Below, piece after piece: positions 61,044-64,000 of a DNA stretch of 64,000 nucleotides. Each line of letters begins with the position of its first letter. Position 1 is the first letter of the stretch. A model generated the notes under the pieces. That model was not told the DNA's origin. It searched no databases and worked only from the letters and a program-made list of their open reading frames with translations. Position numbers and translations under genes: made by a program. Source of the stretch: an uncultured Clostridium sp. (GTDB lineage: Bacteria; Bacillota; Clostridia; TANB77; CAG-508); assembly GCA_900553755.1 (NCBI GenBank), contig USEX01000001.1, positions 29,463-93,462 on the forward strand, given 5' to 3'.

Positions 61044-61970
61044 CTACCACTGAAATATAATTTCATCACTTTCATTTGTAACTTTTATAAATTCTTTTGT
61101 TTCATCTAAAATAACATTAATATTTTTTCTATCTTCTAGTTTACATTTTATTATAACAACGTTGTTATCTTCGCATTCTTCAAATTTAATATTTTTTATT
61201 CTTACTATTGATTTTCCTAATGCATTACTAATTTTTTCTGAAAAATACTCTGTTCTTGAAAACTCTATATACTCAGATAAATCCCTTAAATTGTATTCTT
61301 TACAGATAAAATCAACAATATCTGTATCGTTCTTTGCACTTGTAGCTTTACCTCTTCTTTCTTTTATTTCATCATTCCAATTTAAGCCATTAAATATATT
61401 ATCATTAGTCGCAATTATATATTCAGAATTTTCTTTCTCCATCTTTTCTTTAATACTTTCTAATATAACAACATCTTTAAATCCAGCATCACTAAATTTT
61501 TTGTTATTAGTTCCTCCAAAAAAGAATGGTCTCTTCTTTTGAATAGCTCTTTCTATAATGGGATAAAATTTATCTTTGCTTGGATATGATAAAACTTCCA
61601 TATATTCTTTCTCTTTTGAAATATATTTATTGAAATTCGGCTTTAAATAATCCTCGTACTCTTTTACATTAGAATATCTATTTCTAATAATATTAATGTC
61701 ATATCCAACTTTTACAATATCTGATTTTATTGAATTATACCCATCATCTAAATTATCTAACTTTTCTTGTATATTTTTGTACTCTTCAATATAATGTTTA
61801 TATATTTCATCCAATACTATTTGTGGAATAATTATTTTAAAATTATTATAACCATTATATGTAATAAATTTTTTTAATCTAGCATATACATTATTAAATT
61901 TAAATTCAAATAATTTCTTGTTTTGAATTTCTATTACATTTGTATCCAAAAATATATTTACTTTTCTCAT
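61044..61970 (-). CDS. PIN-like domain protein (308 aa) between hsdM and hsdS
   Basis: The N-terminal NIFLDTNVI, KDVVILESI and IIATNDNIF segments carry the acidic residues of a PIN/DUF4935-like fold. Its start overlaps the hsdM stop (ATGA). Confidence 0.45.
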   Translation of the reverse strand: MRKVNIFLDTNVIEIQNKKLFEFKFNNVYARLKKFITYNGYNNFKIIIPQIVLDEIYKHYIEEYKNIQEKLDNLDDGYNSIKSDIVKVGYDINIIRNRYSNVKEYEDYLKPNFNKYISKEKEYMEVLSYPSKDKFYPIIERAIQKKRPFFFGGTNNKKFSDAGFKDVVILESIKEKMEKENSEYIIATNDNIFNGLNWNDEIKERRGKATSAKNDTDIVDFICKEYNLRDLSEYIEFSRTEYFSEKISNALGKSIVRIKNIKFEECEDNNVVIIKCKLEDRKNINVILDETKEFIKVTNESDEIIFQW

Positions 61971-63484
61971 ATTTCATATCCTATTGCTTTCAAATTGTTT
62001 TTTATTTCTTCATCTAGTTTTGCACTCTCTTGCATTTGCTCTGTCAATTTTGATGTTAAGTCTTTCATTTTCTCTTCAAAAGGCATACCATCGTCTTCAA
62101 CTTCCTTTGTTCCAACATATCTTCCTGGTGTTAAGACATAGTTGTTTTCTTTTATTTCAGAAATATCAGCTACTTTGCAAAATCCTGCAATATCTTCGTA
62201 ATTTACATTATTAATAAAATGATGATATGTACTTGAAATTTTATTAATATCTTCATCAGAAAGTTCTCTTAACTTTCTTGTAACCATATTTCCCATTTCT
62301 CTTGCATCAATAAATAATGTTTTTTCAGTTTGCTTTTTATTTCTATTTATAATCCAAATACTACAAGGAATTGTAACTGTATAAAATAAATTTGATGGCA
62401 TTGCTAAAATACAATCTACTAGATCTGCTTCTAATATATTTTTTCTTATTTCTCCCTCTCCTGAGGTATCAGAAGATAATGCTCCATTTGCTAATATTAT
62501 TGCTGCTTTACCATTTATTGATAATTTATCTATCATATGTTCTACCCATGCCATATTGGCATTTCCTTTAGGTGGTATTCCATACTTCCATCTTGGGTCT
62601 TGCAATAATTTTTCTTGTCCCCAATCACTTATATTAAATGGTGGATTTGCTAAAATAAAATCGGCTTTTAATCCTTTATGTAAATCATTTTGAAATGTGT
62701 CATCTGCAAATTTTCCAATATCACCATTTAAACTTCTAATTGCTAAGTTCATTTTTGCTAATTTCCATGTGGTTGGATTCTTTTCTTGTCCATATATTGC
62801 TAAATCTTGTACTTTCCCTTGATGTCTTTCAATAAATTTTGTACTTTGTACAAACATTCCTCCTGATCCACAACATGGATCATATATTCTTCCTTTATAT
62901 GGCTCTATCATTTCTACCATTGTTCTAACAAGACATGCCGGAGTATAGAATTCTCCACCTTTTTGTAATTCTTTTGCTGCAAATTCTCCTAAGAAGTATT
63001 CATATATTCTTCCTAAAATATCTTTATCTTGAGCTTCTTTACTTCCAATTTTTATATTTGTAAATAAATCTATTAATTCTCCAAGATTTACGTTTCTATA
63101 ATCTGGGCTGTTATACTCTTTTATTAATACTCCCTTTAATGATGGATTTTCTTTTTCTATTTCATCAAGTGCTTCGTCTATATATTGTCCTATATTTGCA
63201 TCTTTAGAATGTGCATTTAAATATTCCCATCTTGCTTTAGCTGGAACATAAAAGATATTATCCATTGTATATGAATCTCTATCTTCTTCCATTCCATCTC
63301 CATTTTCAACTAATTGGCGATATCTTTCTTCAAATGCATCAGATATATATTTTAAAAATATTAATCCCAATATTATAAATTTATAACTAGATACTGGAAC
63401 TGCTCCTCTCATTTTATCAGCTGCAGCATATAATTTTTTTTCTAGTTCTTGTAACTCTTCTTCACTATTCATTTTATCCTCCAA
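61967..63484 (-). CDS. hsdM: Type I R-M N6-adenine methyltransferase
   Basis: It is 505 aa with motif IV ILANPPFNISDW and motif I YDPCCGSGGMFV. The HsdM_N region is present. Confidence 0.9.
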   Translation of the reverse strand: MEDKMNSEEELQELEKKLYAAADKMRGAVPVSSYKFIILGLIFLKYISDAFEERYRQLVENGDGMEEDRDSYTMDNIFYVPAKARWEYLNAHSKDANIGQYIDEALDEIEKENPSLKGVLIKEYNSPDYRNVNLGELIDLFTNIKIGSKEAQDKDILGRIYEYFLGEFAAKELQKGGEFYTPACLVRTMVEMIEPYKGRIYDPCCGSGGMFVQSTKFIERHQGKVQDLAIYGQEKNPTTWKLAKMNLAIRSLNGDIGKFADDTFQNDLHKGLKADFILANPPFNISDWGQEKLLQDPRWKYGIPPKGNANMAWVEHMIDKLSINGKAAIILANGALSSDTSGEGEIRKNILEADLVDCILAMPSNLFYTVTIPCSIWIINRNKKQTEKTLFIDAREMGNMVTRKLRELSDEDINKISSTYHHFINNVNYEDIAGFCKVADISEIKENNYVLTPGRYVGTKEVEDDGMPFEEKMKDLTSKLTEQMQESAKLDEEIKNNLKAIGYEI

Positions 63485-63597
63485 AAAATTTCTAATTATC
63501 CTATTTATTTTATATCACACAATCCAATTTTTAACAATAAAAATCCCAATATTTTAAACTATTTTGTCGAAAAGTTTTTATAATTTCTAGTGTTTTC

Positions 63598-63903
63598 TTA
63601 CCACTTATTTTGTAACTCATTAATTACATTCCATACCTTTCCTATTTCTTGTTTCACCTCACTTAAATCCACAGTATAAATCCTTCCACTATTCGACAAA
63701 TACGTTAATTGATTTATATTATTTCCTATCCTTCTAAATTCTGATACAACTTCATTTAATCCATCAACTATAACTATCTCTTTATCTAAACCTTGTTCAA
63801 TCAAATATTCTGATAAACTTAGTTTAGCAATTTTGCTTTTCTCAATCAATCCGCTCTTCTCTTTTTCACTAACTCTAATTGTTATAATTTTATCTTTCTT
63901 CAA
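63598..63903 (-). CDS. mobC: Second MobC-like RHH relaxosome accessory protein
   Basis: It has an RHH-like IITIRVSEKEKSGLI and the MobC motif IGNNINQLTYLSN (compare IGNNLNQIAHKAN at 22521-22835). It is 101 aa. Confidence 0.65.
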   Translation of the reverse strand: MKKDKIITIRVSEKEKSGLIEKSKIAKLSLSEYLIEQGLDKEIVIVDGLNEVVSEFRRIGNNINQLTYLSNSGRIYTVDLSEVKQEIGKVWNVINELQNKW

Positions 63904-63914
63904 ATTATCATCTC

Positions 63915-63972
63915 CATTTCATAAAAGGGTTTGGGACTGTCCCAACTATCAAGCCCCCTTTGTATGCACAAA
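63915..63972. other. Two GC-rich hairpins upstream of second mobC (GGGACtGTCCC; CCCCTTTGTatgcACAAAGGGG): candidate second oriT
   Basis: These are perfect palindromes in an otherwise AT-rich intergenic region directly 5' of the mobC-like gene. Confidence 0.35.
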
Positions 63973-64000
63973 GGGGAATCTTGCTAAAAACATTTCTCTT

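Noticed and set aside
1-64000. CRISPR arrays, tRNA/rRNA genes, IS transposases
   Set aside because: Scanning found no regularly spaced short direct repeats with unique spacers. No GC-rich tRNA-like cloverleaf segments such as a GGTTCGAATCC T-arm were present. No DDE or HUH transposase ORFs were present. The only recombinase is the tyrosine recombinase inside the hsdS locus.

Overview
This is an AT-rich (about 25-28% GC) Firmicutes-type window, probably Clostridium-like, because yabP, yabQ and divIC are present. Almost every gene is on the minus strand. The layout I can support is as follows. (1) 1-5.7 kb: a type I R-M operon hsdM-hsdS-hsdR whose HsdM is unusually long (855 aa) and whose hsdR is cut by the window edge. 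(2) About 5.9-44 kb: a conjugative element, either an integrated plasmid or an ICE. It carries a MobC-like protein and a PF03432/MOBQ-like relaxase, and candidate oriT hairpins. Its Firmicutes-type T4SS comprises a VirD4 coupling protein, a VirB4 ATPase, VirB3-, VirB6- and VirB2-like membrane proteins and a CHAP cell-wall hydrolase. It also carries a class B sortase, a 1418-aa sortase-anchored Cna-B-repeat adhesin and ParA/ParB. A same-strand leading region next to oriT contains a 2316-aa ArdC_N / N6-adenine methyltransferase / SF2-helicase fusion (P1 DarB-like), a Toprim primase-like protein, DUF2958, DUF1810 and many small unknowns. Further cargo is a UmuC-like/YolD-like translesion polymerase pair, an LMW protein-tyrosine-phosphatase operon, and an XRE / stand-alone receiver module. 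(3) 44.6-50.1 kb: chromosomal core genes, namely an ASCH-Nudix fusion, rho, divIC/ftsB-like, yabQ, yabP, a BI-1 family membrane protein, and prfB with the conserved programmed +1 frameshift. (4) 50.2-63.5 kb: a defence-type island with a DUF4143 AAA+ ATPase, a bacterial PH-domain protein, a calcineurin-like metallophosphoesterase, a small PD-(D/E)xK nuclease and a second type I R-M locus. That locus is interrupted by a tyrosine recombinase, carries extra split hsdS half-cassettes sharing direct repeats with the expressed hsdS, and has a PIN-like gene between hsdM and hsdS. (5) 63.6-64.0 kb: a second MobC-like gene with GC-rich hairpins, which looks like the start of another mobilisable unit. 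I did not see a CRISPR array, tRNA/rRNA gene or obvious IS element.
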